In this document: piece after piece, positions 25,100-37,901 of the stretch
Numbering within the stretch: position 1 is the first letter of the stretch
Layout of the letters: each line of letters starts with the position of its first letter
Notes under the pieces: generated by a model
The model's input: the letters and a program-made list of their open reading frames with translations, nothing else
What the model was told of the DNA's origin: nothing
Database searches by the model: none
Position numbers and translations under genes: made by a program
Assembly (NCBI RefSeq): GCF_006345805.1
Contig: NW_021833978.1
Span: forward strand, 1 to 52,084
Source of the DNA: Octopus sinensis
Lineage: Eukaryota
DNA: 52,084 bases
Direction: 5' to 3'

Positions 25100-25833
25100 G
25101 CGGCGAGCTGGCAGAAATGTTATCACGTCGGGGAAAATGCTTAGCTGTTTTTCGTCTGTCTTTACGTTTTGAGTTCAAATTCCGCCGAGGTCGACTTTGC
25201 CTTTCATTCTTTCGAGGTCGATTAAATAAGTACTAGTTACAAACTGAGGTTCATATAATCGACTTAATCCGTTTGTCTGTAACTAGAGTAGAAAACAACA
25301 TACTTGTAACGGTATTGTAGTAGTAGTAGTAGTAGACGATATGGTTGTCATAATCGTTGTTGTAAGAATTGTTGTCCAGCTTCATATATGTGCTGGACGA
25401 GTTGGTTTCCGTTTGTCCTCTCTGTGTTTAGCCCCTTGTGGATAGTAAAGAAATACGTATTTCGTCTGCCATTAAGTTGTGATGTCATATTCCGCCGAGG
25501 TCGACTTTGCCTTTCATTCTTTCGGGGTCGATTAAATAAGAACCAGTTACGAACTGGGGTCGATATAATCGACTTAATCCCTTTGTCTGTCCTTGTTTGT
25601 CTTCTCTGTGTTTAGCCCCTTGTGGGTAGTAAAGAAACAGGTATTTCATCTGCCATTACGTTGTGATGTCATATTCCGCCGAGGTCGACTTTGCCTTTCA
25701 TTCTTTCGGGGTAGATTAAATAAGTACCAGTTACGCACTGGGGTCGATGTAATCGACTTAATCCGCTTGTCTGTCTTTGTTTGTCCTCTCTGTGTTTAGC
25801 CCCTTGTGGGTAGTAAAGAAATAGGTATTTCGT
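25100..25833 (+). mobile_element. Family C SINE array (head plus 3 units, start of a 4th)
   Basis: Units start at ~25146, 25456, 25640 and 25824; unit 1 contains a ~130-bp insert. Confidence 0.85.
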
Positions 25834-27326
25834 GTGGGTGAGTTTGGATTTAGTGGTAATTATTATTGGAGTGTGTCTGTATAGTAAGTGCAAGTTTCTG
25901 TTGACTGTTTTTGTGTTATTTCCTGTTATAATTATTTGTGTGATAGTCTTTGTTCGAAAACTATCGTGTGTTTTCCTCAGTGGGGGAAAACATTAATTTC
26001 TGGCAAGATGCCGAAAAGTGTAACTTTGTCTGGCGAAGAGTCGTCAACCGACAGGGAGGCAAAAAAGATTGAAAATTCAATATTTGGCGATATTTCGGAT
26101 TCTTCTGAAAGTGGATTTCCCCAACCATCAATGTTTACTATTGCAAAGAGAAATATTGACGTGAAAAGCCTTCAAACAGAAGAAAATAAACAAAAAAAGA
26201 AGTTTTGCGTCGGCGGCTGGAGGTGGAAACCGCCAGCTGTCGACAAACAAAAATGAACTGATAAAGTACAAAGATATGATAACAATTGAAGACAGTGCTG
26301 TGAAAGTTCAATCCCCGGAAGAGCTATTAAAGCCTTGGTTAATGATGCGCAGTCATGCGTTGAGGCATCTCTGGATTCTCCTGAATGGCGAACGAGTGTG
26401 GGCTCCCTTGGCCAGATTAATGTTCTCCGAGTTCAAAAGATTTTGCGAACAGGAAGCCTGGTGTTTCCGTAGACCAAGGTCAAGTGAATGGCATAAAGAG
26501 TGCCGTAAGGCCCTCGTGCTATTTCGGCGCTCGGGCAACGAATTTTATATAGTGCGTTGGTAGAGTCTGAATGCGACGATATCCTGGGGGCGAATCTAGG
26601 TCTCTTGTATATTCAACTTGACAGCCTGTTCCTTATTAAATTCGGATTGAGAACGCTGGACAACATCCAAAAGCCCTTAACCTGGCAATGTTACAGAGGT
26701 GCCTTGCCCGTTTGGGATAACCTCGCAAGACATGGTAAGCGTCAGTCTCCGACCTGTCGAAGATGCGGGGGAGGCAGGTTAACCGTACCTCACGCTGTTG
26801 ACCAGTGTCGGGAGATATCTGAAATGTGGGCTTATGTGGGCGAAGGAAGAGTATGGCTGTCGACTGAGTCAATTATAAAAATTGACCCACCGGAAGTGTT
26901 TAAACGAAGTTAAGAATTGTTTTCTCACCGTTGTAGCAATAGCGAAAGGGGCAGTATGGGGGGCTAGGATAAATGGGATTAAGACAGGCAACTTAATCTC
27001 TGGCCACGATTTACGATCATTTTTTACTTTTCATTTAAAAAGGAAGGTGTGGCTGGAGAAGAGGTGTCAGTCGGAGAGCATGTTCCAAAAGAGATGGACG
27101 CAGGTTGTACGAGTGTTGTGCGTGCAAGAAACTGTGAATAAAAGAAAGCAGCTTGTGGGGTGTAACTGTGACCTGATAATCAAGATATTTCTGTTGTCTC
27201 TGTATTGTTAATTGCATTCGATTTTTTAATATTTTTTATAATTTTTTTATTCATATTTTATGTAAAATCATAACGTACTACTGATCTCAATCCGTTATGA
27301 TTTTGCCTGTGGGCAATAAAGAAATT
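25834..27326 (+). mobile_element. Internally deleted Tx1/L1-clade LINE with a 10-bp TSD
   Basis: GGTATTTCGT at 25824-33 and 27327-36; ORF1-like start MPKS.. at 26008; ORF2 C-terminal zinc knuckle CRRCGGGRLTVPHAVDQC (C-x2-C-x8-H-x4-C, 26755-26808) preceded by LTWQCYRGALPVWDNL; T-rich 3' UTR. Confidence 0.75.
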
Positions 27327-27640
27327 GGTATTTCGTCTGTTTTCACATTCTGACTTATATTATTTCAGAGAATACTATTAATCATATCTATGTTCTGAGT
27401 TGAAATTCCGCCGAGGTCGACTTTGCCTTTCGTGGTCGATAAATTAAGTATCTTTCGTGGTCGATAAATTAAGTACCTTTCATCTTCGATAAATTAAGTA
27501 CATTTCGTGGTCTATGAATTAAGAACCTTTCGTGGTCGATAAATTAAGTACCAGTTGCGTACTGGGGTCGATCTAATCGACTGCACCTCTCCCCTCCAAA
27601 AAATTTCGGGCCTTGTAACTAGAGTAGAAAACAATATACC
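27327..27640 (+). mobile_element. Remainder of the interrupted family C SINE, with a 25-bp micro-array
   Basis: Body resumes at GGTATTTCGTCTG; about 5 copies of CTTTCGTGGTCGATAAATTAAGTA at 27427-27551; tail AATTTCGGGCCTTGT..AGAGTAGAAAA. Confidence 0.8.
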
Positions 27641-27704
27641 TGTAACGGTATTATAGTATTATTATTATTATTATTATTAGTAGTAGTAGTAGTAGTAGTA
27701 GTAA

Positions 27705-27739
<35 letters not shown>

Positions 27740-28231
27740 ATATTAGTAGTAGTAGTAGTATTAGTAGACGACATGGTTGTCTTTATTGTTGTCGTAAGAA
27801 TTGTTGTCCAGCTTCATATCTGTGCTGGACGAGTTGGTTTCCGTTGCACGTCATGCAAACTTTAAGAGTTGACAAAACTGTACCCAAGGCAATATTATTC
27901 AATGCGTAGTTTATAAAGTAAGTACAGTTCGGCTTCAACGCGTTCTAGCTTCTTTACCTGACATGTCAAGTGTTGATGATGGGAGGTAGAATAGACAAAT
28001 CAGTAACAGCTGCTACATGAATAAACGTGTGCAGTCAATATTATATTATCCTTAGCAAAGATACTGGGGAAAGACAGAATGGCCACACGTTCTGAGAAAT
28101 AAATTGCAATATTTAATTTACGGTTTTCTTTTTTCGTTTTGAGTTCAAATCCCGCGGTGGTTATCTTGGGTTTCCTTTTTCCTGAGATTTGTAAAATAGA
28201 TGTCGGGGCTCATAAGAGGGATATAATCTTT

Positions 28232-28651
28232 CTCTCTTTTACTCTTTTACTCTTTTACTTGTTTACTCTTTTACTTGCGGCCATGCTAGAGCACCGCCTT
28301 TAATCGAGCAACTCGATCCCATGACTTATTCTTTGTAAGCCCAGTACTTATTCTATCGGTCCCTTTTGCCGAGCCGCTATGTGACGGGGACATAAACACA
28401 CCAGCATCGGTTTTCAAGCGATGTTGGATGGGACAAACACAGACACACAAACATACACACACACACACACACATATATATACATATATACGACGGGCTTC
28501 TTTCAGTTTCCGTCTACCAAATCCCACTCACAAGGCTTTGGTCGGCCCGAGGCTACATTAGAAGACACTTGCCTAAGGTGCCACGCAGTGGAACTGAACC
28601 CGGAACCATGTGGTTGGTAAACAAGCTACTTACCACACAGTCACTCCTGCG
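28232..28651 (-). mobile_element. Family A SINE, near full length
   Basis: Reverse complement of the A consensus. Confidence 0.9.
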
Positions 28652-28676
28652 TATGAGTAGATATATTGATAAATGT

Positions 28677-29063
28677 GGTGGAAGCACTCCGTCGGTTACG
28701 ATGACGAGGGTTCCGGTTGATCCGAATCAACGGAACAGCCTGCTCGTGAAATTAACGTGTAAGTGGCTGAGCACTCCACAGACACGTGTACCCTTAACGT
28801 AGTTCTCGGGGATATTCAACGTGACACAGAGAGTGACAAGGCCGGCCCTTTGAAGTACAGGTACAACAGAAACAGGAAGTAAGAGTGAGAGAAAGTTGTG
28901 GTGAAAGAGTACAGCAGGGATCACCACCATCCCTGCCGGAGCCTCGTGGAACTTTTAGGTGTTTTCGCTCAATAAACACTCACAACGCCCGGTCTGGGAA
29001 TCGAAACTGCGATCCTACAACCGCGAGTCCGCTGCCCTAACCACTGGGCCATTGCGCCTCCAC
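28677..29063 (-). mobile_element. Family B SINE, full length, 13-bp TSD
   Basis: TATTGATAAATGT at 28664-76 and 29064-76. Confidence 0.92.
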
Positions 29064-29306
29064 TATTGATAAATGTATACATACACACACACACACACAC
29101 GTATCTCTCTCTCTCTCTGCTTGTTTTTTCTCTGTCTCTCTCTCTCTCTTCCCTCTATCTCTGCTTCTCTTTCATCCCGTCTCCCTCTTTCCCTCTCATT
29201 ATCCTTTCTTTCACGCCTTTGAACTAGAATGTTTTCTGCCTTCATTCAAAGTGAGAAATCAATATAACATCACTTATTTCTAGCGTACGGCCTTTACGCT
29301 AGTATA

Positions 29307-29528
29307 TACGAGCGAGTGCTGAAATTGTCCTGATTTTAAGAGGGTCGCTAAAGGGCCTGGTCGGAGGCCGAAACTTCTGAGTTCTTCCAAGGGCTTGGAA
29401 AAACTGAAGGACAGCCTCAACAAGTGTGTGAATCTGAGAGGGGAATATGTTGAATAAAGTCATAAATAACTGATCTTTCCGTATTTTGGTATAGCCAAAG
29501 CCAGGGACTTCTCAAGCATCCCCTCCAC
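29307..29528 (+). mobile_element. Mariner-derived MITE
   Basis: Imperfect TIRs (TACGAGCGAGTGCTGAAATTGTCCTG / AAAGCCAGGGACTTCTCAAGCATCCCCTC); internal KGLEKLKDSLNKCVNLRGEYVE* resembles the mariner C-terminus. Confidence 0.75.
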
Positions 29529-29581
29529 ATGAGGCTATACGTATGAAACATTAGTATGAATGCTTGACAACGTTAGTATGA

Positions 29582-29690
29582 AGGCGTGTGATTTAGTAGT
29601 TAGGAGTATTGGACTCACGATCGAAATATTGCGGTTTCGATTCCTGGACTGGGCGATGACTTATGATTTTGAGCAAAACACGTTTGCAGA
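29582..29690 (+). mobile_element. Old tRNA-derived CORE-like SINE fragment (family D; also ~50030-50172 on -)
   Basis: Degenerate A box, GGTTTCGATTCC B box, TTGAGCAAAACAC. Confidence 0.5.
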
Positions 29691-29785
29691 AAAAAACCCA
29701 GGAAAACTGGTCTTATGCTTCTTACCGAGTAATGAGCATTAACCATTTATGAAATACTTATATCTTACAGTAATGGATAGATATA

Positions 29786-30031
29786 GTGGAGGCGCAATGG
29801 CCCAGTGGTTAGGGCAGCGGACTCGCGGACGGAGGATCGCAGTTTCGATTCCCAGACCGAGAGAAAACACCTAAAAAAGCTCCACAAGGATCTGGTAGGG
29901 GGTGGTGGCGACCCCTGTTGTACTCTTTCGCCACAACATTCTCTCCCTTCCTATTTCTTGAGTAACGTTGCGATGGACTGGCGTCCCGTCCAGCTGGGGG
30001 GAAGACATACGCCACAGAAACCGGGAAACGG
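29786..30031 (+). mobile_element. Family B head and body with a third type of 3' tail
   Basis: GTGGAGGCGCAATGGCCCAGTGG head; tail GCGATGGACTGGCGTCCCGTCCAG..CAGAAACCGGGAAAC. Confidence 0.75.
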
Positions 30032-31207
30032 TTGAATCTGGCTAGGCTTGAAGAGGGCGACAATAGAAGAATAGAATGGATAGATATGCGTCATATTTTT
30101 ACTGATGCTAATGAATATCGTCAAATCGCGCACCTGCACAATCCAACATCTCACCTGAACAAATGCAAATATTTGTTTACGTATTATTCCCGGTATCTGC
30201 CGTTCAAAACCGAGAAATCTCTACCCAAAGTTGGTTCCATCCACCACTAACCAGACACACCTGAATGACAATTTTCCCAACCCACCATCACTAGTAGTGT
30301 GTTAATCCACAGGTAATAACACTAATCGTTTCACACAGTCGTGTTCCTCCTGTATGAGCCTAAAGGTTATTACTCCGAAGAGTAGCTGAGGAGGGGTATT
30401 TTATATGTCATTTTTGTTTTTCAAGCGACTGAATGCCGCATAGAAACCAAGAGAAAGATCATGAACGGTAGTTCAGTATTACGAAATATTTTATTGTAAT
30501 AAAACAAAGAAATAGATTTGTATTTTAGTGGCACAGACGTGTATAATACATTAGGGAAATCGACGTATTGATTTTTTCTTTTTTTTTCTTTCGAAGGGCT
30601 GAAGAAAGAACCTTCGACAGGTTGACAATCGAGCTTGTGGGAATGGAGCGCACTGGTGTTCTTGGCCCCCGTGAGCCACAGTGATTGATCCAGCATTCTT
30701 GACCCCCGTGAATCAGAGTGACTGTTCAAGCGCATCTTCCTCACCTTTCTCCGGGGAACTGCCTTTTCCATTTTGACTATGGGGAGGTCTGAGTTACAGG
30801 AAATTGTACTTTGCACTCCTTTATGTAACAAAAAAAAAAGATCTCTATATAAAAAGAAATATAAAGTCAATAACGATGAAGCAAAACAGAGAAATGGAAG
30901 CTGTCAAATTTTGCAACCATGAATAGAATAGTACTTTACAATAACGACCCTGGATGAATCAAGTGTAGGTAGACACCATCCAGATTCGATTTCGGACATA
31001 AATATAAAAAAAATAACTATCTAAAGGCACTTTGTTCGATTTTTGTCATTCTATCTCGTGTATAAAAACGTGACAGCTATACCAACGGTAATCAAAACAT
31101 CTAACAGAAAAAACTGAATAATTGATTCTATAAAGAATTATATTTCTTCTCATTCGTTGCTCTACTAATAAAAGATCTGTAGGAAACATACCGCAAGGTT
31201 CTGTTTT

Positions 31208-31423
31208 CTCTTTACTCTCTTACTTGTTTCAGTCATTTGACTGCGACCATGCTGGAGCACCGCCTTTAGTCGAGCAACTCGACCCCGGGGCTTATTCTTT
31301 GGAAGCTCAGTACTTATTCTATCGGTCTCTTTGGCCGAACCGCTAAGTTACGGGGACATAAACACACCAGCGTCGGTTGTCAAACAATGCTAAGGGGACA
31401 AACACAGACACACAACATACACA

Positions 31424-31488
<65 letters not shown>

Positions 31489-31659
31489 TATATATACATA
31501 TATACAACGGGCTTCTTTCAGTTTCCGTCTACCAAATCCACTCACAGGGCTTTGGTCGGCCCGAGGCTATAGCAGAAGACACTTGTCCTACGTGCCACGC
31601 AGTGGGAATGAACCCGGAACAATGTGGTTGGTAAGCAAGCTACTTACCACACAGCCACT
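31208..31659 (-). mobile_element. Family A SINE
   Basis: Reverse complement of the A consensus with a long internal (TA)n. Confidence 0.9.
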
Positions 31660-32603
31660 ATTTGCTTCTGTTTGCTTTATGATATTTATTTTTATTCAAA
31701 ATTACGTACATAAAGTATTTTAATCATTATTGCAATATTGTCCGCTATCCTCCAAATTCCTGCAACCTTTACAATTTCTACAGGATGTTAACATAGTTAG
31801 AATTGCTAAAGTCTAGATCATTTTAGAAAAGGAGAAATATAGACTGTTGCAAAGAAATTGCAACACTGCCATGACTTGCTGATATGAGAAGTAAAAAGAT
31901 GTAAATAAAAGCTTGTAAATATATAGAGGTCTATTACTGAAACGAAATAAGGTCAAGTAGATCAATTTTTCATTTCTTCGTTTCCAAAATAACAAAATCA
32001 AAACAGTATGTCAGAGAAAAACATATAGAGGGATATTATTGATACTATTAATTAGCTTTATTGCACCTCCCAATTTCCTATATATATATATAATCACAGC
32101 GTTGACAACTAATTAAACTCCAAATCACTTGAGAAGACTTACGAGAGCAAGATATGAAATTCGTCGTTAATATTTGACATTAAATTCCGTATTCACACAG
32201 ATCTATAATAATTATTCTCTTAAAAAATATTCATTTAATGAATCGTATTAACATTATCGCGCCTGTGTTTCTTTTCCATTTTAATTAGAGATTCAAGAAA
32301 TTTGTGGTGTATTAATGCTGAAATAACCTAATTATATTGTTTTCAAATGAATATATCAAATATCATAAAACAACTGAATCTATGTCATACACTGGGAAAA
32401 GTATTACCCTCTCTCTCTACATCTTTTTCCATATATATAAGAGGCAGGCAACAGGTTGCTTAGCCACATACCGAAAAATTAGAAATAGCAGTCAAAAACT
32501 GTTTATTTATATTTTCTACAAATGAGATTCCACATACGACATATCCCTGTAATTCACATATGCAAAACAGAAGAAGGAAATAACGAAAGCAAAGTCTAAG
32601 GGT

Positions 32604-32657
<54 letters not shown>

Positions 32658-33603
32658 CCGTGTTAGTATATGTATTTATACCTATGCTTCTATACACACA
32701 CAGATACACATACACAGACACACAGGATATATATGTTAGGCATGTATGTATATCTGTGCATCGTTAATTTCTCCCTCATATAATGAGATCTGTTTACCCA
32801 CAAATCTACAATATAAAAATTCTATACATAAAAATTCCATAAAATATTAAGCACAGAAATCTGAACGCGAAGAAAACTGTGGCAAAGATGCAGTGTTTTT
32901 TTTTAATTTTTATTTTCCTAAACTTAGAATTTGTATTTGGCGTCAGCGGGCGTGTGGTACTTGGCGTAGGTGTGAACGTGAATGTAGGTGCTTAAAAACG
33001 TAAAGAACAACGTGATGAACATAGAATTCGTATGCTGTTGTACTAAAACATATATTATACACTTCGGTATATGTCTATAGACTTGTACGTATGGAAAGAT
33101 ATAGAAATGTGTGCGTGAAAACGTGTTTCTGGTGCCTAAAGAAGAAGTAGGTGGGAAAATTGTGAAAGTTCTTTACGTTAGTCAAAACGGGGGCATATAT
33201 TTGTTCTTTCGAATGTGAATACGCTTCTTCAAAAATGTTTCCCATGGGTGACTAAGTTGGTGCATTGGCAAGACTATTCATGCATGAATTATGTATATAA
33301 GAATAACAATGACAAAAATACTATTACTAATGATAATACGTAAAATATATATATATATATTACATATATATATATGCTAATAGATACTCGCATAAATATT
33401 CATGTGTGTGCGCGTAAGTGTTTGCGTGTTAGCGTGATATATGTATATTTATATGTGTATATATATATATATGTATATATATAATATATATATATATATA
33501 TTGGCATACGTATATATATATATGTTTATATATGTGTATATTTATTTATATATATTCATGTATATGTATATATATATGTCTATATGCATAATATATCAAT
33601 ATC

Positions 33604-33635
<32 letters not shown>

Positions 33636-34362
33636 GTGGTGTGTGTGTGTGTTGTGTGTGTCTGTGTGCGTGTGTGTCTGTTTATAGATAGAGTAGCATT
33701 TCTACGTGTAAATTTGCATATATGTATACTCATGAAATCTGATATAAGTATGATTCTATGTTAAACTATATTTCCGAACATTGCGTGTCTGTACATATAT
33801 ATATATATATATATATATCTATATATATTATATCTATATATATATATATATATATATATCATACATACATACATACATACATACATACATACATACATAC
33901 ATACATACATACATGCATATGGCTGTGTTCTTTATACACCTCTTTCTTAGTTTTCTGTATCATTACTGTTTTGTTATGTGTGAATTGTGCGAATCTGTCT
34001 AACATGGGATTTTATGTTTGCGTGTATATAGGTGAAGAATGATTGCATGCCCAAGCCATTGTATATTATGTGTAATATATACTTAACATAAGAATAGGAG
34101 TTAGGGGTGTTAAACTATATCACGCTGCTTCAAGAAAGCGAGAGAAAGTAAACCGTGATATGCTTGATTTAATATTTAAAGAGGAAATAAAAAAAAAGTA
34201 GGCGATGTGCGATATGAAGTGTGATGTGACACGAAGCGAAAATCACGTGCGTACAATGGCCAATTCCCGTACAAGCAAAAACACATCAAAATTCATACGA
34301 ACGAAACTATTCACATCAAGGGGAAATTTGCATGTTTCCAAATACAGACACAGGCAAACATG

Positions 34363-34394
<32 letters not shown>

Positions 34395-34630
34395 ATATAT
34401 ATGTAATATACATTCTTTTATGTGCATGTTTCGTTTCTCTGTTTTTTTTCCGTTGTTCAAGAAAAAGTTCGTTTTATGTTTTTTGTTTATGTAGTGGTTA
34501 CTCATTTTGTTCAACGTTTTTCTTTTTGATGTCCTTTACCTATATATACATGTGTATACATATATATGTAGGTGTGTACTTATATGTCTGTATATATGCA
34601 TATATATTTATATATATATATATATGCATA

Positions 34631-34844
34631 TTCGGCAGGAGGAATTAAACGACATGCAAAGGTACATGAAGCCCAGTTACAACTACAGCCGGCTATTGCT
34701 GGTAAAGGTTTTAGTTGCCAGTTCTGTAAAAGTCATTGTAGAGATCTTTAGCTGGGCTAAAACGTCACATTCGATCACCTATAACAGTTAAGCTTCGTGC
34801 AATGGCCATACACGATACGAGGAGGCAGCCATAATAACAATAAT
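34631..34844 (+). mobile_element. RTE-like LINE 3' end with C2H2-like finger remnants
   Basis: SAGGIKRHAKVH..FSCQFCKSHCR, then (frameshift) SLAGLKRHIRS; ends GGCCATACACGATACGAGGAGGCAGCC(ATA)n. Confidence 0.6.
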
Positions 34845-34853
34845 ATATATATA

Positions 34854-34906
<53 letters not shown>

Positions 34907-34990
34907 TAAACTCTCAATAAACATATAATGAGCGTATTGCATCTAAATATACATCTTATAAGCATTATATATATATATAATATATATATA

Positions 34991-36265
34991 CTATCAGAGA
35001 TACTCGGCGTTGCTTGAGATTAAAATGGCATATGTTTCATATATTACAGTTAAGTTGAAACAGGTGATATGGGAAAGTGCAGCATTGACAACAAAAATAT
35101 TTGTCAAGTAAAAGATGGGCTAATTCGACTGAGCAACATGCTGTGCGTCCGTTTGAAATATTTCAGGCCGTAACCTGTTGGTGTTTTTGAACGCACCGAA
35201 ACACTGTCAGTGGAAACACTCTCTTTTGCAACAGTCGGCGCTGTATCTAACACGACCCATCATCTGAAATGTTGACACCTCCTTTCGATTTGTTGTCCTA
35301 CATTATTCATAAAGTAAATTTGGAGGGACTGTTGTTGTTCATTTGTGGCTAACAGGGAACCAATTAGGTGATAGCCTTGCCCTTGAACTTTGATGTCGTC
35401 TTCTTAGATGCCCCAAACGATGTTATTTGCAGAGTTGTATTGGCTGATATTGTTCGGAAAATCTTTTGACTGGATTGAAATTCCTTCTAGAAGATCCATA
35501 AGAGGTTGACAAGGAGCTGGTAGTGTTGGCAATGTTACCTGACCGCCTGAGCAGCACATGCTGTTTGTTTCATTTGAAAACATTAAAGCTCTACATAAAA
35601 GACAATTCGTGTTTAGCACACCGATTTGGACAGATTAATATTCTTATAAGAATGGGATGGATCATATCTGAAAACAGCTACAGGATTTGTGAAAAACGAA
35701 TTTGTTTCTAAGTGCTAAAGATTATGATTTTTAACACCAAAATTTTTGGCGTTTTAATAGCAATTTTTTTCTTCTCTTTTTTGCTTTCCTGGAAGATTTT
35801 CGCGTCAGATGCAAAGGTGAAGAGGGTTAACATAGACGGTGCTAAGTAGTGGAGATGTTTGGTGAATGTATGTGGTGGTTACTTTTGACTTTTTCTTCTC
35901 AATAAGTAAAATTGATTGGTAACGAATCTTAACACAATATATATACAAATTCAAGTGGAATTGCACGTCATAAGAGAGACAGCATAGCGACGGATTTGTC
36001 TGACTGTCATACTGTACTCTCCTTGTTGTTAGCGAAATGGTATGTGCCGGCTGTATCAGCGACTGATTGCATTAAATTACAGAACAAACAGGACAAAAAC
36101 ATTGCAAAAGTAGCGATTTTCACTTTGAAAGTATTTTTATATTGTGAAAATCTTTTTAAATTACGGAATGCCCCAATTTCTCATGCATCACTGTTTAAAA
36201 TTTCAGCCCGATCGCTGAACAATATTCGAGTTATAAGGTCACAAACAGACAGACAGACAGAACTG

Positions 36266-36275
<10 letters not shown>
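34991..36275 (-). mobile_element. Internally deleted Helitron retaining both termini
   Basis: 5' (TA)n-ATCAGTTCTGTCTGTCTGTCTGTTTGTGACC at ~36270; 3' CTCAAGCAACGCCGAG..TGATAG|T at 34991 (mutated CTAG); RepHel remnant inside. Confidence 0.75.
35250..35625 (-). pseudogene. Helitron RepHel N-terminal fragment
   Basis: CLLCRALMFSNETNSMCCSGGQVTLPTLPAPCQPLMDLLEG..SKDFPNNISQYNSA..IKVQGQGYHLIGSLL..LQIYF matches the conserved Helitron CC..GKV.LP / NIR.YNS / GQVYH.GSLLP / LQIYF region. Confidence 0.85.
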
Positions 36276-36338
<63 letters not shown>

Positions 36339-36688
36339 ATTAGGGCTTAGTAAAATAAATTACTTTGCCACATACTGAACTTTCTAGAAATAGCAGCCAA
36401 AAATGTTTTTTAGCCATTTCCACTACTTAAAGAAAATTTCTCTCAGATAATTCAACAGCCTGGCACTATGTGTGTTTTCTACACCCTCAGGTTGATCCCA
36501 GTTTTATGAGCATATTAGCGAATGAGATAGAGAAAAACACAAAGAAAATTGTCCTATATATACATACTTATATACACAAATACAAACATACACGCAGGCA
36601 TCCGATGTCGCCATAATTTGGCCATAACATTGCAAGTTCCTGACACCAACTACAAGTAGTTCCAGAGAAAGAAGCAGATAGACCCAGG

Positions 36689-36851
36689 AGTAGCTTGCTT
36701 ACCAACCACATGTTCCGGGTTCAGTCCCACTGCGTGGCACTTTGCGCAAGTTTCTTCTAATATAGCCTCGGGCCGACCAGAGCCTTGTGAGTGGATTTGG
36801 TAGACGGAAACTAAAAGAAGCCCGTCGTATATATGTATATATATATATATA

Positions 36852-36908
<57 letters not shown>

Positions 36909-37122
36909 TCTGTGTCTGTGTTTGTTCCCCAACATCGCTTGACAACCGATGCTGGTGTGTTTACGTCCCCATCAACTAGCGGTTCGGCAAAAGACACCGA
37001 TAGAATAAGTACTGGGCTTACAAAGAATAAGTCCCGGGGTTGAGTTGCTCGATTAGAGGTGGTGCTCCAGCATGGTCGCAGTCAAATGACTGAAACAAGT
37101 AAAAGAGTAAAGAGTAAAGAGA
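36689..37122 (+). mobile_element. Family A SINE
   Basis: A consensus with internal (TA)n(TG)n. Confidence 0.9.
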
Positions 37123-37901
37123 GATAAAGACAAAAAAATGCATGTTATGCTGATTTTACTGATGCTGTTATAATTTCTGATACCGGTCTAAGGACAGAAA
37201 CAAAAATTGTAACCCCATATCAAAATCTTGCACCAACAGAGACTTCGATAAAACCACCAACTGGATAAGTATTGTTAATGAAAGAGATTAACATGTTTTG
37301 CCTACGATATCCATATACGCAATATGTTTATTTCGAGGCGTATTTGCAAAATGAACTTTTCGAAGTCGTTTATGCGGTTATTCCACGTTTCTGTTTAGTT
37401 ATATTTCATTGTTGCATCGAATATATTTTCTACTTAAAGAAAGAAATACTGACTCTATAAACATATAAATATATGTTGAAAACAATATCCCTTGACAGAA
37501 TCATTTTAGTTAGAACTACCGACTTTAGTTCGTACGATTATTCCCAAGTGCCACGAATATACGAGTTAAGATAACAAGACTAATGACCTACGACCTATGA
37601 GATGCCAACACCTGATATTCTCTGGTATGCTAAAGATATGCTTCTCATGAGGCAAACGATAAGACACATTTATCATAACTGTTCGTTAGTTGAAAAAAAG
37701 AGGAAAACATCAACAATAAAAATGAGAAAAACTTCCCACTGAGAATAATACTCGAAAATTCTAGTCTTATTCAGTGTTTCATTTCTCAATTCGAGAAAAT
37801 GAAAAGGTAGTTAGCAACGAAACATGAACAGCTGATAATAATCGGCTAATTTCTTGAGTTTACTACAGCATCGACAACAAAGCCCATGTAGGAGCAGTAC
37901 A

